A stretch of DNA of 64,000 bases from an uncultured Eubacteriales bacterium. Its GTDB lineage: Bacteria > Acidobacteriota > Aminicenantia > Aminicenantales > Aminicenantaceae. Both the position numbers and the translations under genes were made by a program. Numbering within the stretch: position 1 is the stretch's first letter; every line of letters starts with the position of its first letter. Of the stretch, positions 1 through 8,624 are shown piece after piece. The notes under the pieces were generated by a model. It made no database searches, was not told where the DNA came from, and saw nothing but the letters and a program-made list of their open reading frames with translations. The stretch lies in the NCBI GenBank assembly GCA_964538085.1, contig CAZIDF010000008.1:80466-144465 (forward strand), read 5' to 3'.

Positions 1-837
1 ATGCTGGTAACTGGATTTATCCTGATGATTTGTATTTTGCTAACCCTGATCGTCCATAAAAGGGAAGTCACCAAATCCTCGAGGAAAATCCTCGAACAAA
101 AAACAAATGAATCCGTCACCGAAAAAGCCGAGGAAAAACCACTCAAAAAAGGCGGCGGCTTTCGTATAATATTCCAGAGCAAGTACCTTTTCTTGGTCGC
201 ATTAGTCATTTTGTGTCTTAATTACGTCAACACTACAGGAGAATACATAAAATCCAGCGTGTGGCAGAAAACAACGACTGAAGCTATCGCGTCAGGAAAG
301 ATCGAAAATACAGCGGAAGCTAGGTCGGAATTCTACACAAAAACAGAATCTGATTTCACCTCAGTCGCGAATCTGTTGGCCATGCTCATCCAGCTCTTTT
401 TGGTTTCCCGAATTTTCAAATGGTTTGGCGTAAGAGGAGCAATGCTCTTTCTCCCCTTCATCGCATTGGGGGGTTATTTTCTAATCGGTCTTGGCGCATC
501 ATATGCTGTTGTCAGATGGACTAAAACGGCAGAAAACAGCACGGACTATTCTTTGATGAACACCGTCAAGCAAGCTTTATATCTCCTCACGGACAGGGAA
601 GCAAAATACAAAGCTAAGGCAGCCATAGACACGTTTTTCGTGAGAACGGGAGATGTTTTGGTGGCTTTGACAATATTTATCGGGACTACCTACTTTGCAT
701 TGAATTTGGAAAGTATTGCGAGACTAAACGTGGCGGTTGCTGTGATTTGGATAATTCTGAGCTTTTTGACTATCAAAGAGCACAAACGATTATCAGCGAA
801 AAGAGTCGCCGATCAGCAAAATCCAAATGCCGAATGA
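1..837 (+). CDS. C-terminal portion of a polytopic membrane transporter, possibly a TLC-family nucleotide (ATP/ADP) translocase-like protein; the 5' end lies outside the window
   Basis: The ORF is open at the window start and contains several hydrophobic helices. The segment KYKAKAAIDTFFVRTGDV resembles the conserved K-x-K-A-A-V-D...GK region I recall from TLC ATP/ADP translocases. This assignment is from memory of the family only. Confidence 0.45.
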   Translation: MLVTGFILMICILLTLIVHKREVTKSSRKILEQKTNESVTEKAEEKPLKKGGGFRIIFQSKYLFLVALVILCLNYVNTTGEYIKSSVWQKTTTEAIASGKIENTAEARSEFYTKTESDFTSVANLLAMLIQLFLVSRIFKWFGVRGAMLFLPFIALGGYFLIGLGASYAVVRWTKTAENSTDYSLMNTVKQALYLLTDREAKYKAKAAIDTFFVRTGDVLVALTIFIGTTYFALNLESIARLNVAVAVIWIILSFLTIKEHKRLSAKRVADQQNPNAE

Positions 838-861
838 ATCGAACACAAAGAACAGCCTCCC

Positions 862-1698
862 CTATCGCAAATCCTTGACCTTCAGGATTCCGCCCGAATC
901 CTGGGCGATGTACAAAAAGCCCTCATCGTCTCTGGCGATTCCTTCCTGATTATCCCCAACGAATGCATACTCTTTGACGATCCTGCCTTCGAGGGTTATC
1001 TCGACAAGGATGTTGTCCGCATCGTCCACCACATTCAACAATCGGGTTCGATGATCATAATACATGGCCGCAGGGTCGTCTAATTTCAGGGGCAAAACCC
1101 GAAGGATGTGGGCTTCCGCTGTCCGCTCCTGGCTGGATTTCAAAGGAATTTGGACTTCCATGACACAAGGGGGATCCCACTGGTTCCCGATATAAAATGT
1201 CCCCCCTTCCGGATGTTCTTTATCCTCCACGAATGCGATGGATTCGATTCCATTGTCAAAACGGTCCTCTCGCTTCTCGATATAACCGGGATTGCCTTCA
1301 TACTCACGATTTAAAGGGAAGGAACGGATGACCTCCCTTTTTTCAGGATCGAACTCTAATATTATATCAGCTCCCTCTTTCACCAGATACAAAAGCCCTG
1401 ACTCCGGATTGACTGTAACACCTTCAAGATCTCCCGGAATTGCTTTCCTGAACACGGGAGTGCCATCTTTTTCGATTTCCATAATCTCACCTTCATCGCT
1501 GACGACAAAAAGCGTTTTCCTCGTCGGATGAAAACAAATACCCGATGGCTCAGGGAACTCTTGATGATCTATAGTCCCGCCATACCCAGGCTCACCCAGC
1601 CACTGGTAGGGAAACCGGATGGTAGGAGAATACTTTGTATTCGAGCAAGCCGCCAGAAAAAACAGGAATATCAACACCCAAATTTTTGTTCTTTTCAT
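862..1698 (-). CDS. lipoprotein with an SdiA-regulated/phytase-like beta-propeller domain
   Basis: The N-terminus MKRTKIWVLIFLFFLAACS has a lipobox Cys. The motif EPSGICFHP...LFVVSDEG is typical of the SdiA-regulated (YjiK-like) propeller family. Confidence 0.55.
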   Translation of the reverse strand: MKRTKIWVLIFLFFLAACSNTKYSPTIRFPYQWLGEPGYGGTIDHQEFPEPSGICFHPTRKTLFVVSDEGEIMEIEKDGTPVFRKAIPGDLEGVTVNPESGLLYLVKEGADIILEFDPEKREVIRSFPLNREYEGNPGYIEKREDRFDNGIESIAFVEDKEHPEGGTFYIGNQWDPPCVMEVQIPLKSSQERTAEAHILRVLPLKLDDPAAMYYDHRTRLLNVVDDADNILVEITLEGRIVKEYAFVGDNQEGIARDDEGFLYIAQDSGGILKVKDLR

Positions 1699-1810
1699 TT
1701 AACCTGCCTTTTGTGAATGATCCATAACATTTTATTTGATTTTCTAGCGACTTGTCATTATTATATTAAGGCAAAACGAATGGGGAAAAGATAGACATGA
1801 GGGAAAAACC

Positions 1811-2635
1811 ATGAAAAGGGCAATTTTTCTCACCATAACCTCCGTTTTTATGTTATCCACTTTTTTGGCCCATGCGCAATTCAGTATGGATGAGATCGCC
1901 AAAAGGGAAAAAATTGAACAACTACTCAAAAAAGCCGATATTTCCAAAGCCGAAGAAATCGGGGAAGGCGTTACTAAGCCCTGGCGGCTTTACCTAAACA
2001 AAGAGGAAGAAGAACTGAGCGGGTGTTGGAAGAATCCCCAAGGAGTCCAGAAGGGCCACTTGGAAGGATGGCAGTATGAGATCGCAGCTTACCGGATGGA
2101 CAAGCTCCTGGGATTAAACATGATTCCTCCCACTGTCGAGAGAGAGTTCGAAGGAAAAAAAGGCTCTCTTCAGCTCTGGGCCGAATCGGATTTCAGTTTA
2201 CTCGATGTGATGGAACAAGGTATTCCTCTTCCAGTCAAAAATCCCGAAGCTACGATATTCAACAGAGGTAAGTATTTAGCCCGGGCATTCGATAGCCTCA
2301 TTGCAAACGAAGATCGAACACAACAAAATGTCCGCTATAGAAAGGATTGGCGAATGATTCTGATTGATCATTCTCGTTCCTTCCGCAGCAAGAAGAAATA
2401 CCAGAAGAAACTGTTGTATGGAAAGAATGGATCGAAAGAAAAAAAACTTTTCAAGCAGCTCCCCTACTCATTCGTGGAAAAGGTCAAATCCTTAGATTTT
2501 GATACAATTAAAAATGCAGTGGGCCCTTACCTTTCGAACGAAGAGATAACCGCTATTCTGGCTCGTAAAAAACTGCTCCTCGAAGAAATCGAGGAGATGA
2601 TCGAAGAAATGGGCCAAGACAAGGTACTATACTAA
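1811..2635 (+). CDS. secreted atypical protein kinase, Fam20C/four-jointed-like fold (paralog 1)
   Basis: There is a signal peptide (MKRAIFLTITSVFMLSTFLAHA). The catalytic-loop-like LIANEDRTQQN and metal-binding-like ILIDHSRSF align with GNMDRHH...HLDNGRGF of Fam20C as I recall it. It is 60-70% similar to the adjacent paralog over the core. Confidence 0.5.
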   Translation: MKRAIFLTITSVFMLSTFLAHAQFSMDEIAKREKIEQLLKKADISKAEEIGEGVTKPWRLYLNKEEEELSGCWKNPQGVQKGHLEGWQYEIAAYRMDKLLGLNMIPPTVEREFEGKKGSLQLWAESDFSLLDVMEQGIPLPVKNPEATIFNRGKYLARAFDSLIANEDRTQQNVRYRKDWRMILIDHSRSFRSKKKYQKKLLYGKNGSKEKKLFKQLPYSFVEKVKSLDFDTIKNAVGPYLSNEEITAILARKKLLLEEIEEMIEEMGQDKVLY

Positions 2636-2662
2636 ATTACCTATGAAGGAGGGACAATAACG

Positions 2663-3493
2663 ATGAAAAAGCTTTTCCTCTTGTTATTAATCTTGACATT
2701 TGCCGTTGGCTTCCCATTCCAGGCTTTTGCCCAATTCACTGACGAAGAAGTGGCCGAAAGGGCAAAGTGGGAGGATTTTCTCACCAATGCAGAAGTCACT
2801 GCGCAGGAACAGCCTTTCAGTGAATCGGAAGCTGTGACAAAACCATGGAAACTCACCCTGGAAAAGGATGGAGTCACAAAAAATGCGCTTTGGAAGAACG
2901 CCGAAGGGCGCATGAGGGGATTTGTGGAAAATTGGAGATGGGAGATCGCCGCGTACCTACTGGATAAACATCTGGGGTTGAACATGGTTCCTCCCACAGT
3001 AGAAAAAAGATTCCAGAATAACCTTGGTTCTTGCCAGATTTGGGTGGATGCCAAGATGAGCCTCAAGGAGAAATTCGAGCAAGATATAAAGACACCTTCA
3101 TATAAAGTTTTTCCTTGGAATCGGGCTCTTTACCTGCAACGGGCGTTCGATAATCTGATAGCCAACGAAGACCGTCATCAGAATCAATACCTTATAACCG
3201 AAGACTGGCGTATGATATTAATCGATCATTCCCGCTCTTTTCGCACTTCCGGTAAATTCGCCAAAAATCTCATCTACGACGAGAATTACAAAGAAGGTCC
3301 CCGTTTGATGAAACAACTGCCTCGCGCATTTGTGGATAAATTGAAAGCTCTAGATGCCGACTCCATCAAAGGTGTTGTCGGTGAATATTTAACTGACAAA
3401 GAGATCGAGTTCGTCCTGATTCGGCGGGACCTTATCATCAAATGGCTGGATAAAGAAATCAAAAAAGAGGGAGAAGATAAAGTATTATATTGA
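2663..3493 (+). CDS. secreted atypical protein kinase, Fam20C/four-jointed-like fold (paralog 2)
   Basis: There is a signal peptide (MKKLFLLLLILTFAVGFPFQAFA). It carries the motifs LIANEDRHQNQ and ILIDHSRSFR, in tandem with its paralog. Its RBS/start lies 28 nt after the previous stop. Confidence 0.5.
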   Translation: MKKLFLLLLILTFAVGFPFQAFAQFTDEEVAERAKWEDFLTNAEVTAQEQPFSESEAVTKPWKLTLEKDGVTKNALWKNAEGRMRGFVENWRWEIAAYLLDKHLGLNMVPPTVEKRFQNNLGSCQIWVDAKMSLKEKFEQDIKTPSYKVFPWNRALYLQRAFDNLIANEDRHQNQYLITEDWRMILIDHSRSFRTSGKFAKNLIYDENYKEGPRLMKQLPRAFVDKLKALDADSIKGVVGEYLTDKEIEFVLIRRDLIIKWLDKEIKKEGEDKVLY

Positions 3494-3949
3494 ATCCGAA
3501 GCTTTGATTTCCTCGATGCTTTTGTGCATAATCAAAATATTCTGATCATTTTCCCTTCGGTACTCAAATCCATTCATGAGCTGCCGGGATAAAAATATAC
3601 CCAAGCCTCCTGTCTGGCCTTGGTTGACCATTTCCTGGATATCCGGATCCGGAGCTTCCCTGGGATCGAAAGGAATACCCCAGTCTCTAATCTCAAAAAA
3701 TAATTTTTTATCCTGATTCCATATTTTCAGGAAAATTTCCCCCTTCTCCTCCGGATAGGCGTAACGAACGATATTGATACACATTTCCAGGAGGGATAAT
3801 TCGATCGAATAGTAAGCTTCTTCAGAAAGGTTGAGGCTTTTGAGTGTTTTTTCCAGAAAGTTGCGAACCTTCTCTATCTCGATGAGTTCGCTTTTTACAG
3901 TTATAGAATTCTCCATCCAAATTGCTATTTCTTCTCTTATTTCTGCCAA
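3485..3949 (-). CDS. anti-sigma regulatory factor-type serine kinase (RsbW/SpoIIAB-like HATPase)
   Basis: It is 154 aa, with a GGLGIFL G2-box-like motif and an N-box-like LEMCINIVRYA, which fits the RsbW family size. No STAS partner is adjacent. Confidence 0.6.
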   Translation of the reverse strand: MAEIREEIAIWMENSITVKSELIEIEKVRNFLEKTLKSLNLSEEAYYSIELSLLEMCINIVRYAYPEEKGEIFLKIWNQDKKLFFEIRDWGIPFDPREAPDPDIQEMVNQGQTGGLGIFLSRQLMNGFEYRRENDQNILIMHKSIEEIKASDSI

Positions 3950-4096
3950 TGCATCGAATGTATCTAGCAGATTCCCTTGATACTTTATATAAAAGCAAAA
4001 TTGATGTCAATCCATAATTGCCAAAATTGCATGGGCGGGATGTGTTGGCTTCACAAAGGGTTTAGAACTGATAAGAACAAGGATATTCCAGTCAGT

Positions 4097-4360
4097 TTAT
4101 TGCAGACTTTGAATGGAAGGCTTTCCATCTGTCGGGGCACTGTCCTCGTCATCATCTTCGATTTCCACTTGAACACCCAAAAGTTCAGCCGTTCCCACAT
4201 ATATCTGCTTAAAGGATTTTTTTGATTCTTGGAGTTTAGCCAAACGTTGCCGAGCTTTTTGCAGTTCTTTCTCCATCTCACCATCGATCCCGTTCAGCTG
4301 ATTTTTGGCTTCATTCATGGTTTTTTTGTAGAGTTCTTCTTGTTCTTTGGTTAATGACAT
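4097..4360 (-). CDS. small coiled-coil hypothetical protein with an acidic C-terminus
   Basis: The 87-aa ORF lies directly upstream of the receiver-TonB gene on the same strand, and its stop is 10 nt before the next start. It is KE-rich and helical. The overlapping ORF 4051..4284 was rejected. Confidence 0.4.
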   Translation of the reverse strand: MSLTKEQEELYKKTMNEAKNQLNGIDGEMEKELQKARQRLAKLQESKKSFKQIYVGTAELLGVQVEIEDDDEDSAPTDGKPSIQSLQ

Positions 4361-4369
4361 TTTTTACAC

Positions 4370-6247
4370 CTATTCTGTTTTATTTTTCTTAAATGCGATG
4401 GAAAATGTTTTCCATACTTTAACATTCACACCATCTTTCTGGGCCGGGGAAAACCTCCATTGACGAACAGCCTCATCACACACTTTCTTAAATGCAGGAG
4501 CCGTTTTTGTTGGATCCAAAAAGGCAACATCCAGGACATTCCCGAATTCGGAGATGAGCGCACGAAAAACGACCGTTTCTTCAATCCCCTGTTGAAAGGC
4601 AGCAGGGGGATATTTGGGATTGACCTTTTTCGTAGCCACAGGAGGCACGTCAACGGATTCAATCGGTACCAAATCCCCAGTCTTGATCCTGTCAGAGGTG
4701 TTTTCTGACTGGATGATGTTTTGGACTGTTTCCTTTAACAGAGGTGAGCTCATTTCAACATCCGATTGTCCTAACTCTTCCTCGCCTGTCTCTTCTACCT
4801 CGATAATCTCGAACTGACGTGACTCAGGCTCGGGAGCACCCTCTTGAAGCATAACCTGACGCTGATTCGAAGGCAGCCCTGTTGTGGACATAAACTCAGC
4901 CGTCGATTCTGGCACTGTCTCCGTTTCACCAGAGTTATCATTAGAAGTCGAGTCAATAGCGGCTGGATCCCCCATGACTCCTTCGAGAGAAGACTCACCT
5001 TGCGTTCCCCCTTGATCATTTTCCTCCTGCGTCACTGGAGTGGAGGAATACTCCAAATTTCCCATGGCGGACGTCGAACGCTCCACATCTGAAATCGATT
5101 TCATGCTTTTTGGATCGGAAAGTGTCTTTGGTTTATCCGGTTTCAAGAAATAATATGTAGCTCCAGCGGCAGCGAGGATCACAAAAACAGTCGAGACTAT
5201 CATCAAAGGAAGGGATTTCCTGATCTTTGTAATAAAAGCGAATATATTTTTAGAACCAGATGTTTTTTCTGGTTCTTCAAAATAGTCTTCAAAGATTTTT
5301 TCCTCGGGCTCTTCTCCCTCAGCCTTTTTTTCTTCTCTGCTCTCTTCTTCCGCAACTTCGATTTTCTCTTCCCGTTCCTTTTCGACAGCACCAACTTCAT
5401 ATTTTTTGCTTTCTTCTATCTCTTCTTCTTTCTGAATCAACTCTTCAATGAGCTCTTCTGTTTTCAGTTCTTTTTCCTCAACTGGAGATTCAACCTCAAG
5501 CTCAAGTGGCTGGACAGGTTCCTTATCATGAATCTTTTCAGCCCTCTGGGCCTCTTTTTGGACTACCCGTGCTTCACTTTTCTTTGCGTCTTCCTTTTTT
5601 TGTACCTGTTCATCTTTTTTTTCTGCAGGTTTTTTATCGATATTCAGTCCGAAATCGGAGAGTGCATCCTGAAGCATCTCATCGACTTCGGAAGTTAGAC
5701 CGTGTTTAACAGCTTTTTGTGCTGTCGCCCTGGATTTTTGGTTTCCATCTGCTGGGGACAGATCTTGTTCTTTGATGCTTCTCTCCATTTCCCTCACACT
5801 TTCTTCAATATCAAACGAAGCGGCTTTTTTCTTCTGGATACTCTTTTTAAGGTCTTTAACACTCCCTGATGTCCCGTTTCCCAATAAATCATGGATGGTC
5901 GTCAATAAATCTTCATTTTTGTAGGGCTTTTCGAAAAAAGCAGCGGCGCCGAAGGTTTCGAGCGCTTCAGATCTATAGTGATCCCCTTTATAAAAACCTG
6001 TTGTGATAATGACAGGGGCGCTTTTTTTGGAGTCTTTAGAAATTTTCCGACAAAGATCGAAACCGTGGAGCTTCAGGAGCATAGGCTCAAGGATGACTAA
6101 ATCTGGATTCTCCGACTCAAACATCAGTAATCCTTCGTGCCCATCTTTGGCTGTTACTACTTGAAATCCCTCTGTTTGCAAAGTTTGTAAAAGCGTATTT
6201 AGGGAATTCTCTTCGAATTCAACGACCAATATTTTTTCGTTTCTCAT
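4370..6247 (-). CDS. fusion protein: N-terminal CheY-like receiver domain (Asp to Glu at the phospho-acceptor), long Glu/Lys-rich linker, one TM helix, C-terminal TonB C-terminal domain
   Basis: The receiver is KILVVEFEEN...DLVILEPMLL...VIITTGF...FFEKPY, with E where D57 is expected. The TM segment is LPLMIVSTVFVILAAAGATYYFL. The C-terminus (VNPKYPPAAFQQGIEETVVFRALISEFGNVLDVAFL...AVRQWRFSPAQKDGVNVKV) matches the TonB_C consensus. Confidence 0.65.
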   Translation of the reverse strand: MRNEKILVVEFEENSLNTLLQTLQTEGFQVVTAKDGHEGLLMFESENPDLVILEPMLLKLHGFDLCRKISKDSKKSAPVIITTGFYKGDHYRSEALETFGAAAFFEKPYKNEDLLTTIHDLLGNGTSGSVKDLKKSIQKKKAASFDIEESVREMERSIKEQDLSPADGNQKSRATAQKAVKHGLTSEVDEMLQDALSDFGLNIDKKPAEKKDEQVQKKEDAKKSEARVVQKEAQRAEKIHDKEPVQPLELEVESPVEEKELKTEELIEELIQKEEEIEESKKYEVGAVEKEREEKIEVAEEESREEKKAEGEEPEEKIFEDYFEEPEKTSGSKNIFAFITKIRKSLPLMIVSTVFVILAAAGATYYFLKPDKPKTLSDPKSMKSISDVERSTSAMGNLEYSSTPVTQEENDQGGTQGESSLEGVMGDPAAIDSTSNDNSGETETVPESTAEFMSTTGLPSNQRQVMLQEGAPEPESRQFEIIEVEETGEEELGQSDVEMSSPLLKETVQNIIQSENTSDRIKTGDLVPIESVDVPPVATKKVNPKYPPAAFQQGIEETVVFRALISEFGNVLDVAFLDPTKTAPAFKKVCDEAVRQWRFSPAQKDGVNVKVWKTFSIAFKKNKTE

Positions 6248-6616
6248 TTTAACCCTTGCCTATTTTATTTTTCATTAGAGTCATCCGACTTGACGCCAAT
6301 ATTGTACTTCAATAGGCTTTTCCCTGGTCAATCACCCTTTGAGGTGATATTGGGGATGATTTTTTGCTCAGTCAGTTTTTCATGAAACCAGCTGGATTAA
6401 CGCTGATGTATTCACCCCTTGCAAATGCAGTATTATCACCAGATTGCTCATAAGACAAATATCGCTTCCAATTTGTTCTTTTTGGCGGTTGCTGGCTTAA
6501 GAGCTGATCAGGGAGGAAGGATTCAAAACCTTCAGACAGGAATAAAAATGCGAGGAGGCCAGATCTCGTTTCCTAAGAGTGAAGGCAGGACCAGGGGCCT
6601 GCGGCATGGCTATGCA

Positions 6617-8587
6617 TCATCGCTCATCCACATCATCAGATAACAATCGAAAAGCTTGAACGCGGCTGTTGTCTCTCTCGACAACGTACACATTCCCGTT
6701 GGAATCGACGATAATTCCCGAGGGATAATTAAACTGGCCATCACCTGCACCTTTATCTCCCCATTTGGAAATGAACTGACCCGACCTATCAAATTTTTGT
6801 ATCCTGTTATTGCCGGAATCAGCGATGTAAACAAACCCGTTTTTATCGAGACACACTCCCATGGGAATATTGAGGTCACCATCATCAGAACCGGCTTTTC
6901 CCCAAGAATCGAGCAACTCTCCATCCAGGGAAAATTTTTGAAGCCGGGTTCTATCCAGAACGTACAATTCATTTTTTTGATTTATGGCAATGGCTGCCGG
7001 GAAAATAAACTCTCCTCCCTCAGTTCCCCTCTTCCCGAAACTTCGTTTAAAATCACCAAGATTCGAGAACTTTTTGATGCAATGGTTTGTGGAATCAGCG
7101 ACATAGACGTTTCCTTCTCTATCGACTGCAATGCCCAAAGGTGTTTTAAATTCAAGGTTATCCGATCCTTCCTTTCCCCATTTTTTTACTAAATTCCCGC
7201 TTTTATCAAACTTCAGAACAGCGTGTTTTTTTTCATCCGTCACAAATATGTTCCCTTGGCTATCGACCGCAATCCCTCCAGGACTTTTCACATTTTTGAA
7301 ATCTTTTCCTCCAGAACTCCAGTTGGGATCGATCTTTCCATCTGGCAGGATTTTTTTTATTTTCGTTTCGCTGTCATCGGCGACATAAAGGATACCATTA
7401 TGATCCACTGAAATGCTGACGGGTCGTTGGAATACCGTGCTGTTCGGAGCACCCCACTTCTTGACATACACATAGGTTTTTCCGGCGAGCAAAACATCGA
7501 TAGAGATCGGATTTTCCCCAAGGGGAATCTCGACTATGCCTTCCCAATCGGCATAATTCTTTTTAGATATTCTTACGTTATGGGTACCGAAGGAGACATA
7601 GGGCAATACGCTATCCGTTACCTGCCCTGTATCTTCCTCGTCCAAAAAGATATTCGCACCCTGCGGCATGGATTTCACTTCCAAATTCCTTCCCAATCTT
7701 TCTAAATCATATTCTTTATCCGTATCTTCCTGGGATAGGAACAGTTCATCTTTTTGGATTTTGTACCCCTCTTTTTCTATCTCAAGAATCACTTTAGGGG
7801 ATTCTGACCTGTATATCAGAGGTGTCACCCCGATATGTTCGCCATTGATCTTTATGCTTGCCTGCTCTGGCCGAGATGAAATTCGAAGGGAATAGTTCTT
7901 GATTATACCAAGATATTCCTTTTCCGCTTGATCAATCAAGCCCCCGATATTTGGATCATAGATATTGCGTGTGATCATCTTTCCATAGGCATAATCCACC
8001 TCAAACATGTTTCTGATTTCTTTGAGAGCCGCATAGGCATCTCCCAAGCCTGAATAAGCCATCCCTGTCCATAAAAATATCTCTGTTGCCAACTGTCTTT
8101 GCTTCTGGATATCTTCCACACGAAAAGTCTTGGCAACAAGGGGACTCAGAGAAACCAAAGCGTCTTCAAATTTATTCTCCTGCCTGATAAATTGCCTGCT
8201 TTCCTCCAACCGGATTTCGATCTTACGGACAATTTCTGATTGGCTCTCGACGTTTAAAGGAATAGAGGCACTGGTTGCCTCGGCCAGCTCATCTTCACTC
8301 ATGGCTCTAACCAGCATCTCATGAATAAATCCCGTGATCTTAAGGCCTTCTTTGTCAAAAGTAACTTTATACCACTCCCCTTGTTTTTCCATTGCATCGA
8401 GAAGGGTGTTTAGAGGAATTCGCGCCAAAGTCTCACCATCGATCTCAGGTGTTACTTTGACAGTGGCGCTATCCACAATGACTTTGACTTTGACTGGATT
8501 TTCTTCTTGAGAAATTGCCGGCAGAAAAACGACTGCCATGAGTAGAATTATCCATGTGAAATGTATTTTTCGTGCCATTCGAGACAT
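6617..8587 (-). CDS. exported NHL-repeat beta-propeller protein with a PEGA-like domain and TPR-like N-terminal region
   Basis: There is a signal peptide. NHL-like motifs repeat (GIAVDSQGNIFVTD, GIAVDREGNVYVAD, GVCLDKNGFVYIAD, GIIVDSNGNVYVVE). A PEGA-like segment IKINGEHIGVTPL is present. Confidence 0.7.
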   Translation of the reverse strand: MSRMARKIHFTWIILLMAVVFLPAISQEENPVKVKVIVDSATVKVTPEIDGETLARIPLNTLLDAMEKQGEWYKVTFDKEGLKITGFIHEMLVRAMSEDELAEATSASIPLNVESQSEIVRKIEIRLEESRQFIRQENKFEDALVSLSPLVAKTFRVEDIQKQRQLATEIFLWTGMAYSGLGDAYAALKEIRNMFEVDYAYGKMITRNIYDPNIGGLIDQAEKEYLGIIKNYSLRISSRPEQASIKINGEHIGVTPLIYRSESPKVILEIEKEGYKIQKDELFLSQEDTDKEYDLERLGRNLEVKSMPQGANIFLDEEDTGQVTDSVLPYVSFGTHNVRISKKNYADWEGIVEIPLGENPISIDVLLAGKTYVYVKKWGAPNSTVFQRPVSISVDHNGILYVADDSETKIKKILPDGKIDPNWSSGGKDFKNVKSPGGIAVDSQGNIFVTDEKKHAVLKFDKSGNLVKKWGKEGSDNLEFKTPLGIAVDREGNVYVADSTNHCIKKFSNLGDFKRSFGKRGTEGGEFIFPAAIAINQKNELYVLDRTRLQKFSLDGELLDSWGKAGSDDGDLNIPMGVCLDKNGFVYIADSGNNRIQKFDRSGQFISKWGDKGAGDGQFNYPSGIIVDSNGNVYVVERDNSRVQAFRLLSDDVDER

Positions 8588-8624
8588 CCTTCTCTTTATA
8601 TATTTTAACCGATAGAGACAAATA

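Noticed and set aside
4051-4284. ORF 4051..4284 (77 aa) as a gene
   Set aside because: It overlaps the better-supported 4097..4360 ORF in another frame, and its translation is Trp/Lys-rich and atypical.
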